Of a stretch of 64,000 nucleotides of DNA, positions 14,474 through 29,096 are shown piece by piece. This DNA comes from Amoebidium appalachense (Eukaryota; Protista; Ichthyosporea). Position numbers and translations under genes: made by a program. The notes beneath the pieces were generated by a model that saw only the letters and a list, made by a program, of their open reading frames with translations, was not told the origin of the DNA and did no database searches. Numbering within the stretch: the first letter of the stretch is position 1; each line of letters opens with the position of its first letter. The DNA lies in contig CAVNZM010000006.1 in NCBI GenBank assembly GCA_963693365.1, positions 6,551,264 to 6,615,263 on the forward strand, written 5' to 3'.

Positions 14474-15115
14474 TGTATGACTTGGAGGGGGGGGGGGGGG
14501 GGAGGAGGGGGGTCTGAGGCGAGATAAGGATGATGCTCGCACACGTGCACACACATCAAGATTTGGCGAGTTACATCGTACATCATTCCAGCTTCAACGT
14601 ATCATATTACTTTAGTGCCAACATCTATTTTTATTGGTTGGTTGGTGGTTTCAGTTTTACCATCTGACCACTTCATTAGGCAGGCATTTACACACAATCC
14701 TAAGGCGCGCTACTCCAAAAAAATATCAAGGCCAACGGTTTTGCAAGTCTGTTTGGATGCCTGTAAGTACATAGCAACCATTCCATATCTGGCTAATCAG
14801 TTCGTGAATCTGTCTGGTCGCGTGCCCCGGGCTATACAGTTTATAATATAACGTCTTATATCATTCATGAATACATCCCCCCCCCCCCCCCCCCCCCTCA
14901 TCATTAGGGGAAAAAAAAAAAAAAAAAACATTCACGGGGAAAAAGCTCTTTCGTAGAAGAAAATGCAACTATTTCATTGAAGAACGTTTTCTCCTTCATA
15001 CATTTTACAAGGCTAGTCTAATTGTGACTAAGATGTGAAGCACATATACGTATGCTAGTTGACGATGGGCCGTGACACCGGTGCACACCGGGTCCCATGC
15101 TATTCTATTAGGTTC

Positions 15116-15159
<44 letters not shown>

Positions 15160-15549
15160 CCGTGGAGCTCCGTCATAAAGAAAGAAGGGCAAAAAACAAA
15201 AACAAAACAAACAAACAACAAAAATATCAGAATAACAAATCGACTAAACGAAACGAAGATCTACATACACAACAACGAGCCCTACGGTGACAGATATTCA
15301 AACGATGAAAAACAGAGAAAGACAGAGCTGCATTCATTCACTACCCCTGCCCACAAATTTTTATTTTAATATTTTAAAAAAAAGGGATTAAATCGGGACA
15401 TTGGTACTCTTATCTAGACCAGAACTCAACAACTGGGTGTAGAAAACGCTACATGTCATCACACACCCCATCTCCTCCCGGTCCACTCCGACACGAGAAT
15501 GCAAAGAATGCATTTTCCGCATTCCCAAAGCATGCCCACCGCATTCCGT

Positions 15550-15910
15550 TCACCGACGCAGCCTCATGAAGAATGCGTTTTTGCATTCCTTGCTGTCCTC
15601 CGGGTAGTATTTGTCGTAAAAGCCAATGATGTACTCCTCGACCTTGAAGCCAAATGATTGGTACAAAATCATGGCTGGGTTGGTGGCAGACACGTGCAGG
15701 GTCACGTCCTTTCCTGCGCATGTCTGCAGATGGCCCAAAAACCTTTGTGAATACTACGTAGCATACAAACTTGGAAGCGCAAAAACATGGTGGGCGGAGG
15801 GGGGTGGGGGGTGGGGGGGTGGGGGGGGGGGGGGGAAAGGGGGGAACAACGAGGTAAGGTAGGAATAAAGTTAGCACCTCCCCTACCCCAGCCTCCCACC
15901 ACACACACAG

Positions 15911-15944
<34 letters not shown>

Positions 15945-16450
15945 TTCCCCCCCTCTTTTCCACCCCCTTCAAAAAATGAAATGAAGTAAAGCCCATGATT
16001 ATGCACACTGGCCACACAAACCCGCTTACGCACGCACGCACGCACACACGCATGCACGCACGCACGCACGCACACACGCACACACGCATGCACGCGCACA
16101 CACACAGAGAGAGAGTGAGAGAAGAAGGGCGGCAGAGAATGAGAGACCCATTCACCCACCCGCCCATCCACCTATCCACCACCCACCCACCCACCCACTC
16201 ACCTACTACCACCCCACTCACCCAACCACACATACCCACAGATGCACATACACAGAAAAAACGGAAAAATACTGTACATAACACTAAAAAAGGCACCGCA
16301 CGTGCGCGCGGGGGGAGGGGGGAGGGGGGGGGGGAGTAATACTTGTAGCAGATGGTAGAGCATAAAGGAGGATATCCCATGGCCTCTCCACTGGGGGTGA
16401 ACGACAATGTACGTGATGTAGGCCTCAGGGGTCATAAACGCACATCCGAT

Positions 16451-16495
<45 letters not shown>

Positions 16496-16512
16496 ATGTG
16501 TGTGTGAGTGTA

Positions 16513-16595
<83 letters not shown>

Positions 16596-16705
16596 CGCAT
16601 TCGCACGCACCCATGTGTGCTTGTGTGCATGTGTGTGTGTGCGAATGCATGTCTAGTGTGCATGCTGGATTAAGAAAGGCCCGGTGGGGGGTGGAGACGG
16701 GTGGG

Positions 16706-16740
<35 letters not shown>

Positions 16741-17528
16741 GGGGGGGGGGGGGGGGAGGTTAGAATTCGGAACAGATATTTCGGCTTCCTATAACTTTTT
16801 TGCATAACGTTTTCCCCTCTCGCCCCTCCTCATCCCATCCCAAAATGATCTTTACTCGTCTTCCACAGAAGCCTCTAATAGAATCTCTTTATGGCTCCTT
16901 CCGTCACTCCATCATTTCTTTCCCGCTTACTTCTCTATCCCCCCCCCCCCCCACCCCCACCCCACCCCCCGCCCGCCCGCCCGCCCGCCCGCCCGCCCTC
17001 CCCGTCTGCTTGCCCACACTTTGTTGATTCGATGTGTTTGTGCCTGTCAAGTGTTTCACAATTCTTAAGGGGAATGGAAGCAAAATAAGGAGAGCCAGGG
17101 AAGCGGGGCAGCAGGGGGAGGGGGAGGTTTGAATGCGGAACACGGTACGAAGTACGCATACACGATGAGAAGCATGGTGCAGGACACACGCAAAGGCAAA
17201 CATTCAAGTATGCAACATCAGCCATGCGCACAGTATGCGTCATAAGCAGAGCCCATCCTCAGGGAGGGCCCAAGTCATCAATTGCGTCTGAGTTTCGACC
17301 CCTTAGCCCGCGTATATACGACTCTCCAACTCAGGCAGCAGCATCAACTGAACTTGGGAGGGTCAACCCGTCTTGATCAAAGACGAGCAGGGTTGCTTAT
17401 GCAAGCAAGGTGAGCAAAACGGTGAAGATGTGTGTGCAAACTAAAGCAGTGCAGTGAAAAATGCATATGTGCTTACAGATGCACGACACAGAGCAACCAT
17501 GCCCGGTTGCATGGAAGTAAAGCGATCT

Positions 17529-17560
<32 letters not shown>

Positions 17561-17798
17561 GGGGGGAAGGGGGGGGAGGGGGGGGGGGGGGGGGGGGGGA
17601 TACCAGCTTCTTGTAGAGTGCCACCACCGTAAAGTCGGGATAGCCCAGACACTCCGATACTGGGGAATGGATGAAAATTCAGTAAATACTGATTTGTTTG
17701 TTGATTTGTTTGTATGCGCTAAAATTCAGCTGAAGTGGTGGCTATGTATTAGAGCAAGGAGGGAGGGAGGGAGGGCGAGGGGGGGGGGGGGGGGGGGG

Positions 17799-17829
<31 letters not shown>

Positions 17830-17927
17830 GGGGGGATGGGGGGGGGGAGCAGACAGGAGAACGATGGAGAAGAGAGTGAGAGGAGAGAGGGGGGGGGGGG
17901 GGGTGAGTGTGTGGAGAGTGGGGTAGT

Positions 17928-17958
<31 letters not shown>

Positions 17959-20900
17959 AGGGAGGGAGGGAGGGAGGGAGGGAGGGAGTGAGGGAGGGAG
18001 GGAAGGAGAGAGAGAGGGGGAGCGAGAGACAGTGTGTGTGTGTATAAGTGTATGTGTGTTTGTGTTTATTATTTTTGTGAAGGGGAGGGATTTGGCGGTT
18101 TTCCCCTCTTTTTCTTTGTAGCTTGTGTGTGTGTGTGTGTGCGCGCGGGGGGGGGGGGGGGGGGGGGGGGGGGGGAGGGGGGAACCATCGATGCCGGGCC
18201 AGAACACATCCTGACAGAGAGCATTGCATGCGGCAATGTGGAAGGGCCGCACGTAGCAGTAGTCGATGGGCCACTGGGGGGGTGGGGTCCAGCGGGGGTT
18301 GTTCCTGTATACGTGTTCGTGAGAACATGTGTGTGCGTGTACGTGTGTGTGCATCTACATGTCCATATAAGTGTAGGTGTACGTGTGTGTGTGCATCTAC
18401 ATGTCCATATAAGTGTAGGTGTACGTGTGTGTGTGCATCTACATGTCCATATAAGTGTAGGTGTACGTGTGTGTGTGCATCTACATGTCCATATAAGTGT
18501 AGGTGTACGTGTGTGTGTGCATCTACATGTCCATATAAGTGTAGGTGTACGTGTGTGTGTGCATCTACATGTCCATATAAGTGTAGGTGTACGTGTGTGT
18601 GCATCTACATGTCCATATAAGTGTAGGTGTACGTGTGTGTGTGCATCTACATGTCCATATAAGTGTAGGTGTACGTGTGTGTGTGCATCTACATGTCCAT
18701 ATAAGTGTAGGTGTACGTGTGTGTGCATCTACATGTCCATATAAGTGTAGGTGTACGTGTGTGTGTGCATCTACATGTCCATATAAGTGTAGGTGTACGT
18801 GTGTGTGTGCATCTACATGTCCATATAAGTGTAGGTGTACGTGTGTGTGTGCATCTACATGTCCATATAAGTGTAGGTGTACGTGTGTGTGTGCATCTAC
18901 ATGTCCATATAAGTGTAGGTGTACGTGTGTGTGTGCATCTACATGTCCATATAAGTGTAGGTGTACGTGTGTGTGTGCATCTACATGTCCATATAAGTGT
19001 AGGTGTACGTGTGTGTGCATCTACATGTCCATATAAGTGTAGGTGTACGTGTGTGTGTGCATCTACATGTCCATATAAGTGTAGGTGTACGTGTGTGTGT
19101 GCATCTACATGTCCATATAAGTGTAGGTGTACGTGTGTGTGCATCTACATCTACATGTCCATATAAGTGTAGGTGTACGTGTGTGTGTGCATCTACATGT
19201 CCATATAAGTGTAGGTGTACGTGTGTGTGTGCATCTACATGTCCATATAAGTGTAGGTGTACGTGTGTGTGCATCTACATGTCCATATAAGTGTAGGTGT
19301 ACGTGTGTGTGTGCATCTACATGTCCATATAAGTGTAGGTGTACGTGTGTGTGCATCTACATGTCCATATAAGTGTAGGTGTACGTGCGTGTGTGCATCT
19401 ACATGTCCATATAAGTGTAGGTGTACGTGCGTGTGTGCATCTACATGTCCATATAAGTGTAGGTGTACGTGCGTGTGTGCATCTACATGTCCATATAAGT
19501 GTAGGTGTACGTGCGTGTGTGCATCTACATGTCCATATAAGTGTAGGTGTACGTGTGTGTGTGCATCTACATGTCCATATAAGTGTAGGTGTACGTGTGT
19601 GTGTGCATCTACATGTCCATATAAGTGTAGGTGTACGTGTGTGTGTGCATCTACATGTCCATATAAGTGTAGGTGTACGTGTGTGTGCATCTACATGTCC
19701 ATATAAGTGTAGGTGTACGTGCGTGTGTGCATCTACATGTCCATATAAGTGTAGGTGTACGTGCGTGTGTGCATCTACATGTCCATATAAGTGTAGGTGT
19801 ACGTGCGTGTGTGCATCTACATGTCCATATAAGTGTAGGTGTACGTGCGTGTGTGCATCTACATGTCCATATAAGTGTAGGTGTACGTGCGTGTGTGCAT
19901 CTACATGTCCATATAAGTGTAGGTGTACGTGTGTGTGTGCATCTACATGTCCATATAAGTGTAGGTGTACGTGTGTGTGTGCATCTACATGTCCATATAA
20001 GTGTAGGTGTACGTGTGTGTGTGCATCTACATGTCCATATAAGTGTAGGTGTACGTGTGTGTGTGCATCTACATGTCCATATAAGTGTAGGTGTACGTGT
20101 GTGTGTGCATCTACATGTCCATATAAGTGTAGGTGTACGTGTGTGTGTGCATCTACATGTCCATATAAGTGTAGGTGTACGTGTGTGTGTGCATCTACAT
20201 GTCCATATAAGTGTAGGTGTACGTGCGTGTGTGCATCTACATGTCCATATAAGTGTAGGTGTACGTGTGTGTGTGCATCTACATGTCCATATAAGTGTAG
20301 GTGTACGTGTGTGTGTGCATCTACATGTCCATATAAGTGTAGGTGTACGTGTGTGTGTGCATCTACATGTCCATATAAGTGTAGGTGTACGTGTGTGTGT
20401 GCATCTACATGTCCATATAAGTGTAGGTGTACGTGTGTGTGCATCTACATGTCCATATAAGTGTAGGTGTACGTGTATGTCTAGCTGCACCGCGTAAGTG
20501 TACATCCGCCAAAAGTGTCTGCGTGAGCCAGTGAGCTATTCATAGTACCAGTGAGCTATTCATAGTTACTACTAATGGCCGGAGAACCACCGACAGTATC
20601 AGTGGGGTCGCTGTCATAACCAGCACACCATCGACCGATAGTGAGCTATTAATAATACCAGTGAGCTATTAATAGTGCCAGTGAGCTTTTAACAGTACCA
20701 TGAACTACTGTTAGCACAAGTGGGCCATTCACAGTAATAGAAAAATGACTACCAATCAGGACTGGTTTGCTATTAATCATATTAGCGAGCCTGTTAACTA
20801 TGTCACAAGTAAGCAAATAATATTTTACTAGTGAACTATTGATAGCACCAGTGGGCCATTAACAGATAGTCCATGAGCCATTTATAGCACCAGTGAGCTA

Positions 20901-21036
20901 TTCATAGTACCTGTTTGGATACTGCACGATGTCCTCCAGCAGCTGCAGTTGGGCCGGGATGGTCTCAAAGTCCCTCCGGATGAACGGCTTGAGCATGCGT
21001 TCTGTAGGCCGAAACGAGAAGGGGGGGGGGGAGGGG

Positions 21037-21074
<38 letters not shown>

Positions 21075-21218
21075 GAGGGGGGGGGGAGGGAAGGAAGGAG
21101 AGGAGAAGAGGGAAAGGGGAGGGTGGGGAGGGGCGGCATTATGGAGGGTTAGAAGGGTGAGGGATGGAGGAAGGAGAGCTGGGGGGATGGGGAGAGAGGG
21201 GGGGGGGGGGGGGGGGAA

Positions 21219-21258
<40 letters not shown>

Positions 21259-21326
21259 GGAGGGGGAAAAGGGAGAGGGGGGTTGGAATCGAGGAAGCGA
21301 GAGAGGGAGCGATAAAGGGGAGGGAT

Positions 21327-21366
<40 letters not shown>

Positions 21367-23093
21367 TAATAGCCCTAAACACACGTTTCATGCAAAACTG
21401 ATATTCGTGTGTTCACCATCAGCCTTTCAGGCATTTTTGCATGGTGTAAAATCCTTGCTATTTGCAACAAATGTTATCCACGTCATTTGAGCTCAGGTAA
21501 GCCCCCCAAAAAAAGGCGGGGGGAGGGGGGGGGGGGGGGGGATAGCAATTTAGCAAGTGGTGAATCATACAAAGCCCAAAACGACATCACTTAGCCCTTA
21601 TTTGGTTCAGTGGGAAATAACCCCCCCCCCCCCCTTCCCTTCTCAGGGGCTACATATGCATGACACGACCTTAAGAAATCAAAACCGCTCAACCACCATT
21701 GTTCCTTTTACACAGATAATAGCCAACCAAAAGGTGTAGTTATATGTTTGCCCGTCGATCATCATCCAATCAGCACGCATGGTTTACCAGTAAACGGGCT
21801 TTTGATTGGCCGCAATCCTGTCTCCTCCTCCGCCTGAGTCATGCCTGCCAGCATTGCCCGAAACGACTTTTGGGCCTCCTCCGTCATCCCCTGACGATAT
21901 CGCGCCTGAAAAAAAAAAAAAAGAAAGAAAGAAAAGAAAAAATTAGATATTCTGATGTTTTGCATACTTTTAAGATATCACCTTTGCAATTGTCAAGCTG
22001 TAGCATTTGTCATCACCCACACAACACGGATATAAATCCAATGTTAACGACTGTCATGAGAGTAAAGGAGTTGTCGAATTAGCAGGACACCGGACCTACA
22101 GTAGGTTAAAGCGCTTTTGATTGCGCCACAGAATCTAGGCCAATACAAGTTTCAGCCCCCCTCCCCCCTCCCCCCTCTCCCTCATCCCCCCCTCCCCCCC
22201 CCCCCCCCCCCCCCCCTCCTCCCCCCCCCACCTCCCCCCCCCCCCCCCCCCCCCCCCCCCTCCCCTCCCCGGGTGTCACGATCTCTGCCTTTTTACTACA
22301 CGGAAAACACCCAAGTCGGGCAAAAGAGAACGGAGAAATTGGTGTGTGTCTGTCTGTGTGTGTGTTTGAGTAAGTGCGTGAGTGAGTGAGTGAGTGAGTG
22401 AGTGAGTGAGTGAGTGAGTGAGTGAGTGAGTGGGTGAGTGAGTGAGTGAGTGACTAAGTGAGTGAGTGAGTGAGTGAGTGAGTGAGGGAGCTAGTAGGTG
22501 AGTGAGTGAGTGAGTGAGTGAGTGAGTGAGTGAGTGAGTGAGTGAGTGAGTGAGTGAGTGAGTGAGTGAGAGTGAGTGAGTGAGTTAGTAGGTGAGTGAG
22601 TGAGTGAGTGAGGCAGTGAGTGAGTGAGTGAGTGAGTTAGTAGGTGAGTGAGTGAGTGGGTGAGTGAGTGAGCGAGTGAGTTATTAGGTGAGTGAGTGAG
22701 TGAGTGAGTTAGTAGGTGAGTGAGTGAGTGAGTGAGTGAGTGAGTGAGTGAGTGAGTGAGTGAGTGAGTGAGTGAGTAGTGAGTGAGTGAGTGAGTGAGA
22801 GAGTGAGTGAGAGGCAGAGAGAGAAAGAGAGCGAGAGAGAGAGTGTGTGTCTGTGACTTAATACACACATGTCACTCCCCCTCAGCCTCCTTGTGTGCAC
22901 TTCGATGTGCCTGCCTAAACATATGTGTGTATGTGAGGAATGCATGCTCGCGCACGTGCGTGTGTGAAGAAGTATGCATGCACCCATACCCACATATGTA
23001 TAATTGGATGTTCGTGTGCGTGAGAGAGAAGAACCGAGAGTGTGTGGGTGGGAGGGTGTAGGAGGAACTTGGTGTGTGTGTGTGTGTCTCTGT

Positions 23094-23128
<35 letters not shown>

Positions 23129-23358
23129 GGTCAATGGTTTGCACCTGGTATCTGTCGAGGATATGAGCCCCCCTGCCCACGACCAGACCGGGACCGGAAG
23201 TTTCAATGTCAGCCCCTGCCTGGGGCGTCTTTCGCTTTTTGGGCGATAGGTCTTCCTTGCGACCTGGTGAGATATTGAGTGGGGTTTGTGAGATGTTCGT
23301 GGGGTATACTGTGTGCATGTGTCCGTGTGTGTGTCCGTCCTTAGCTTTCCCTCTCTCT

Positions 23359-23410
<52 letters not shown>

Positions 23411-23879
23411 CTCTATCTGTCTGTCTATCTGTCTGTCTCTCCCGCTCTCGCTCCCTCCCTACCCCCCTCTCCCCTTCCCTAACCCCCTCCCTCCCTTCCC
23501 CCCTCCCCCTCTCTCTCTTCTCTCTCCCCCTCTCTCTTGTTCTCACACACGCTCTTTTTCTCTCTCTCTCTCTGTGGGTATGTATGGTGTGTGTGTGCCT
23601 GTGCGCACGTGTGTGTGTGTAGAGATGGGCAAGTGTGTGTGTGTGTGTGCGCTGGTAGCGGTGTGTGAGCAGGTAAATCAGTGTCTGTGCTGCGCCTATG
23701 CGCACGTATCTGTTGGCGTGTCTATGTGTGTGCCTGTATGCCTGCATGTGTGCTTGTGTGAAGGTATGTGCACATATTTGCATCTAATTGTGTGTGTGTG
23801 TGTGTCTGTCCGTCTTTCTGTGTGTAGGGATTAATGAGCATGCATGCATGCATGTGTGTGTGTGTGTGTGTGTGTGTGC

Positions 23880-23925
<46 letters not shown>

Positions 23926-24073
23926 AGAAGGGTGGGGGGGGGGGGGGGGGGGGAGGGATATGGTGTTGTACCGTATGGCACGGGCTCTTTGTTTTCGTAT
24001 GCCCTTGCAAAGTCAATCATCTGCCTTACCGTCTTGTCCAGATTGAAGAGGGGGAGGCCACGCTTGCGCTTGC

Positions 24074-24148
<75 letters not shown>

Positions 24149-24543
24149 CGCGTGCGCGTGCGTGCGTATTGTGTGTGTGTGTGTGCGCGCGCGCATGTGT
24201 GTACATATGTGTGTGTGAGTGTGAGTGCGTGTGTGAGTGCGTGCGTGCGTGCGTGCGTGCGTGCGTGTATGTGTGTGTGTGCGCGCGCGCCCACGCACAC
24301 GCGCGTGTGTGTAGGTGTGTGTATAGCTGTGAGCACGTGTACATGTTTGTGCCCGTACATACCTGAGCATGTATATCGGGAGGTATGCAAAGCGGCACGG
24401 CATATGGATGCATGTCATAGCATGCCAAACCTGTTCTTAGAGAGCATTCCCGGGACATAACCCCCTCCACCCGCTCCCCCTCTCCCCCCATCCCCCCTTC
24501 ACCCCCTTCACCCCTCCCCCCTCTCCCCCTAAGAAACAACCCA

Positions 24544-24574
<31 letters not shown>

Positions 24575-24782
24575 AGGGGGGGAAGGAACTGTAGCAAAAC
24601 CACACGTGTAACATCCTGAAAGCGGGAACGTGATAGGCTTTGTGCATGTGTGCGCGTGGGTGTGTGCTTTCTTACAAAGGTTTGGGGGGGGGGAGGGGGA
24701 TGGGGGGGGGGGGGGGGGGGGGACAATTTTCATAGAAATTTACGGACACGTGCACAGACAAAAATACAACCCCCGCTCGCCT

Positions 24783-24813
<31 letters not shown>

Positions 24814-27594
24814 GCCTTCTCCCTGCCATCCTTCACAAACAAAATGAGGGTACATGCACGAGCCCCACAAATCGGTAATACATGCTCCCTGCACACCGCT
24901 CTGCACTCTCGAGCTTTTCACACCGTATGATTTTCAGGGATTCCCCCTCTCCCCCCCCCTCCCCCCCCCTTTGCCCCTCCTCCCCCCCCTCCCCCCCTCC
25001 CCCCCCCCCCCCCCCCCCAAAAAAAAAAAAAAAAAAAAAAAACACGCAAAGAAAAAAAATAAAAGGAAAAAAAGGGGGGGGGGAATCCCTCACCTGTCTT
25101 ATGAGCAATTTCTGCCTCAGCCGTGCGCTAATCGGACCGTGCAACTGGTGCGGAAAGGCAAGCAAGAGCTGCAGGATTTGCCCCTCCTCCCTCTCTCCCA
25201 TCAACTTCAACGGCTTTTTCCTCGTTTTTTTCTTCTCCGTCCCCGTTTCTGTCTTCTCCCCCCTCGGCCCCCGTTCCCTCGTTTCCTTCAACCTCTTCCT
25301 CGTACTCTGACTCCTCCAAGTCGCTGTTTGCTTTGGCTTCAGAATCGGCTTTGGGTGGTTTCGATTTTTGCTGTAAGGAATTGCTGTTAGTTCGATTTGG
25401 AAGAACCACTCAACTTCCACACACCCCCCCCCCCCCCTCCCCCCCTTCCCCCACCACCCCCATCCCCCCCCGCCCCTCCCCGTTCTCCTCCTCAGGCATG
25501 TTGCTCCCAACCATATTGTCTCCGAGATCTTTTCTCGTTTTCTCCATTTTCTTGTGGTGCGCACACTCCCGAATCCCCCCCCCCCCCCCCCCCAAAAAAA
25601 AAAAAAAAAAAAAGCAACATAGATATCGTATATGAGCAAACCCCCCCCCCCCCCCCCCCCCCCCCCCCGCCCACTTTCTGTGACGGTTATCACCATGACA
25701 AAAGTAACCCACCCACTTAACCAGCTTACTACTTCCTCTTCCGATAGCCACCGCCACACAACCAGACCCTATAGCACCACAAACCAAACATTATTGGTGC
25801 ACACTGCATATGATGCGGAATCCTTTTGGTACGCATCACATGAAGCCACATCCTATACACAACACACGACGCCGGATGTAATTTGAGCACGCAACACATG
25901 TCACCATAGTCTACTTATTGGTGCCCCAACCCACACATAACATCCACCTTCTTCGTTTTTTTCGATGCCTCCTCTCCTCCGCTCTGTTCTCCAGCACCCC
26001 TCCGCTCTTTCGAAGCCTTCCCGTCTTTGGATTTCATCGACTCTTTCTTCTCATTTCCGTTTTTTAATTTCTTTGACTCCTTCTTTTCCTTTCCGTCCCT
26101 TACTGTCTTCGAATCTTTCCTCTCCCTTCTGTCTTTTTCTACCTTTGGTGTTGTCTCTTTGCCCTCTTCCGACTTTTTTACCATTATCCCATCTTCTTTT
26201 TTCGGTTTCTTCTTCTTTTCCTCCCTTCCATAATCCACATCACTGATTTCGCTTTCTGCATTTGCCGTTTCCTTTGCTCTCTTTTCATCTCTTGTCTCTT
26301 TCACCTTCCCTTCGTGCACCATATGTTTCCTGCTTCTTTCCTTCTCTCTCTCCTTCGATCTCCCCTCGTCCCTTTTCTTCTTATCTTTACCATCATCCTT
26401 TTCATGTGGCCGATTCCCTTTCTCCGAATTTGTTCTCTCCTTCCCTTCCGCTCTTTCTTTCGTTTTTCCCTCTTCATTTTTCAATTTCTGCCCCTTGTCT
26501 TTTGATTTGGGCTGCTTATCTTTGCCGTCATCCGCCTTTTGCGTGTGCTTGCCCTCCGCTGATTTCGACCTCCTCTTTCCTTCCTCTCTTTCCTTCTTTC
26601 TTTCCTTTTTAGCTTTCGACCTCTCACCATGATCTCCTGATTTCAGTTTCATTTCTTTGCTCATCGGTGGTGTTGGTTCGATGGTCACAGTTCGGTGCAC
26701 CGGGGCACCAGGAGAGATTTGATTGGGTGGGATCGTCTGCTGTGCGATTTGATTGGTGGTTACCAGAATGGCAGGCTGCTGTGCGTTCACGTAATTGGCC
26801 GATATGCCCTGCGGCGGCATTTGATTGGTCGGTACTAGGGCTGGTTGTATTTGGTGACCGGTGGCGAATGGGTGCGGGGGTATATGATGGGCTGGCATCC
26901 CCGGCGACCCATACTGCATTTGCATGTGATTGGTCGAGAGCTGCTGCGACACGATCGGATTCGTCGCCATCATGGGGACACCGGGTTGGTGTGCAATAAA
27001 ACCGGTCGGTTGCATGGAATTCGGCGGCATTTGATTGGTGTAAACCGGCCCCATGGGAGGAGGGTGAATTGGAATTTGGGGGTGTGCAGTAGGATATGAC
27101 TGGGGTATTTGCTGTGCAATCGCAGGAGTTGGCTTTATCTTCTTGGCCGAAATTTCGTCTGTGCCGTCCTTTTCGTGTTTTCGTTTTGCGGCCCCAGGGG
27201 TGGAACTGTGTGGGTCACACAGTCAAACTTTACCCCTAAAAGGAGAAATGGACCCCCCCCCCCCCCCATCCCAAAAAAAAAAAATAAAAAAAAATCTGAG
27301 TACACACAGCTAACAACACTACACAATAGCATCAAACAAGTGTAGATGAGACATGCTATGTCCACTGAACACACCCCAACAACGAAACACAAAACATGCA
27401 CACACAATCCGGCGGATGGGCTTTTAGATAATTACACAAGACCACATAAGTACAAGACGGTATCCCTGTTTTTTTTTGTTTTTTTTTTGTTTTTTTTTTT
27501 TGGGGGGGGGGGGAATAGCCAGAATAGGTACCAAACAGTACGTGTAAAACCCAGCTTCAAACAAACGATCATCAAAGAAGTAGGAAAGCAGAGC

Positions 27595-27627
<33 letters not shown>

Positions 27628-28128
27628 ACACACACACCATAAAAAAAAATAAAAAAAAATAAAAAACAAAGAAAGAAAATGTGTTATTATGATTTACGCC
27701 ACCAACCACACAGACGTACGAGATCTTGCTCCTACAGCAGCGTGTCCGTTCCATGCAAATGAAGTCTGGTATGTGAGATCAATGGGGTAGTCGGAGAAGT
27801 CGGTGTGATTGGTCGGGAGATTGGTGTGATCGGTCATGAAATCGGCATGCCCGTTCATAAATCAATTGACAATCAGTCACAGACGACTTGGAAATTTGAG
27901 TATAATAAAGGTGCGACGCCACAAAGGCTACAGCAGAAACATAACAAAATGACCGACACCCCCCCCCTCAGCGCAAAAAAAAACAAAAAAAACAAACAAT
28001 AAAAATAAAGAAATCACTTTACCACCAACAGAACAAACGAAAAAATAATTAGTAATGGTAAAGACAATAATGATGATCAAGTGAATGCTATAAATCCGAC
28101 AGAAAGTGAATTCGGACCTTTTGTTTTT

Positions 28129-28191
<63 letters not shown>

Positions 28192-29061
28192 TGGGGGGAG
28201 GGAGGGGGGGGGGGGGGGGGGGGGGGGGATGAAGTAAAATAAAAAGTAGATTAACAAACTTTGCAAATAAAGATGTGGTCCGAGATTCGATTAGCACTCC
28301 TTAACCGTCATAAACACTTCAGCACTCCACGAAACCAACTGGTACCTACAGCAAATAGGTCAAAATTTAAGATGTAGAAAAGAACTGAACTGCAATAACC
28401 CCAAAATATATGATCATACGTACATTTATATTCAAATCCCTGATTTATGTTCTGTAGACTCAATAAAGAAGGGAGACTTGTGAAAGCAGGCGTTGATCGA
28501 ACGTATACGTAACTGTAAGCATTTTTGAGGCCCGATCCGGGCTTATCGAAGACAATAAGACTTAAAAAGGGAGAAGGGGAAAACAACAGTGATCGAGCTG
28601 CAAACTAACTTAATAAGTCTATTTAAATCTTAAAACCAAATACCTAATGAACAAAACCGATGAGAAAGAAGCTAAGGCCCCGTTCAATCAAACTCTTAGA
28701 ACACCAGACTACATCTTGACACTAAAAAAACGACTAGGCATATGCAGTGAGGCCGTCATATGAAAGAACCATGTAATCTAGACACGGTGAACTACAAACC
28801 GTATCACCAAACTATATATAACCCAAGCCCAATCTCACCTGCCCATTGCAATCTAATCTCCATTGCAATCTCAATGGCTCATAGCAACTATCCAGAAACC
28901 TAATTCTCCTTAATTGACACGGCACAAACAAGACCAGTATCATACTCGCTAAGTTGTGTTGGAAGTGCGGTTGTTTTTCCTGTTCTAAGCAACAGGAGCG
29001 ACCAAAGCTTTCCGCACACCAAAATTACAGAATCAAAGGAATATATGAAAACACACACTCG

Positions 29062-29096
<35 letters not shown>

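Noticed and set aside
18337-20477. CRISPR-like array, or Cys/His-rich repeat protein ([14 protein letters not shown] / [14 protein letters not shown] ORFs)
   Set aside because: There are no unique spacers and no cas genes, the context is a eukaryotic intron, and the ORFs are translations of a 42-bp unit broken by 40-bp variants.
27718-27858. Possible extra KAT14 exon or separate start ([15 protein letters not shown]..., minus strand)
   Set aside because: There is an in-frame stop just upstream, and exon 29481-29337 splices in phase directly to 27205 without it.
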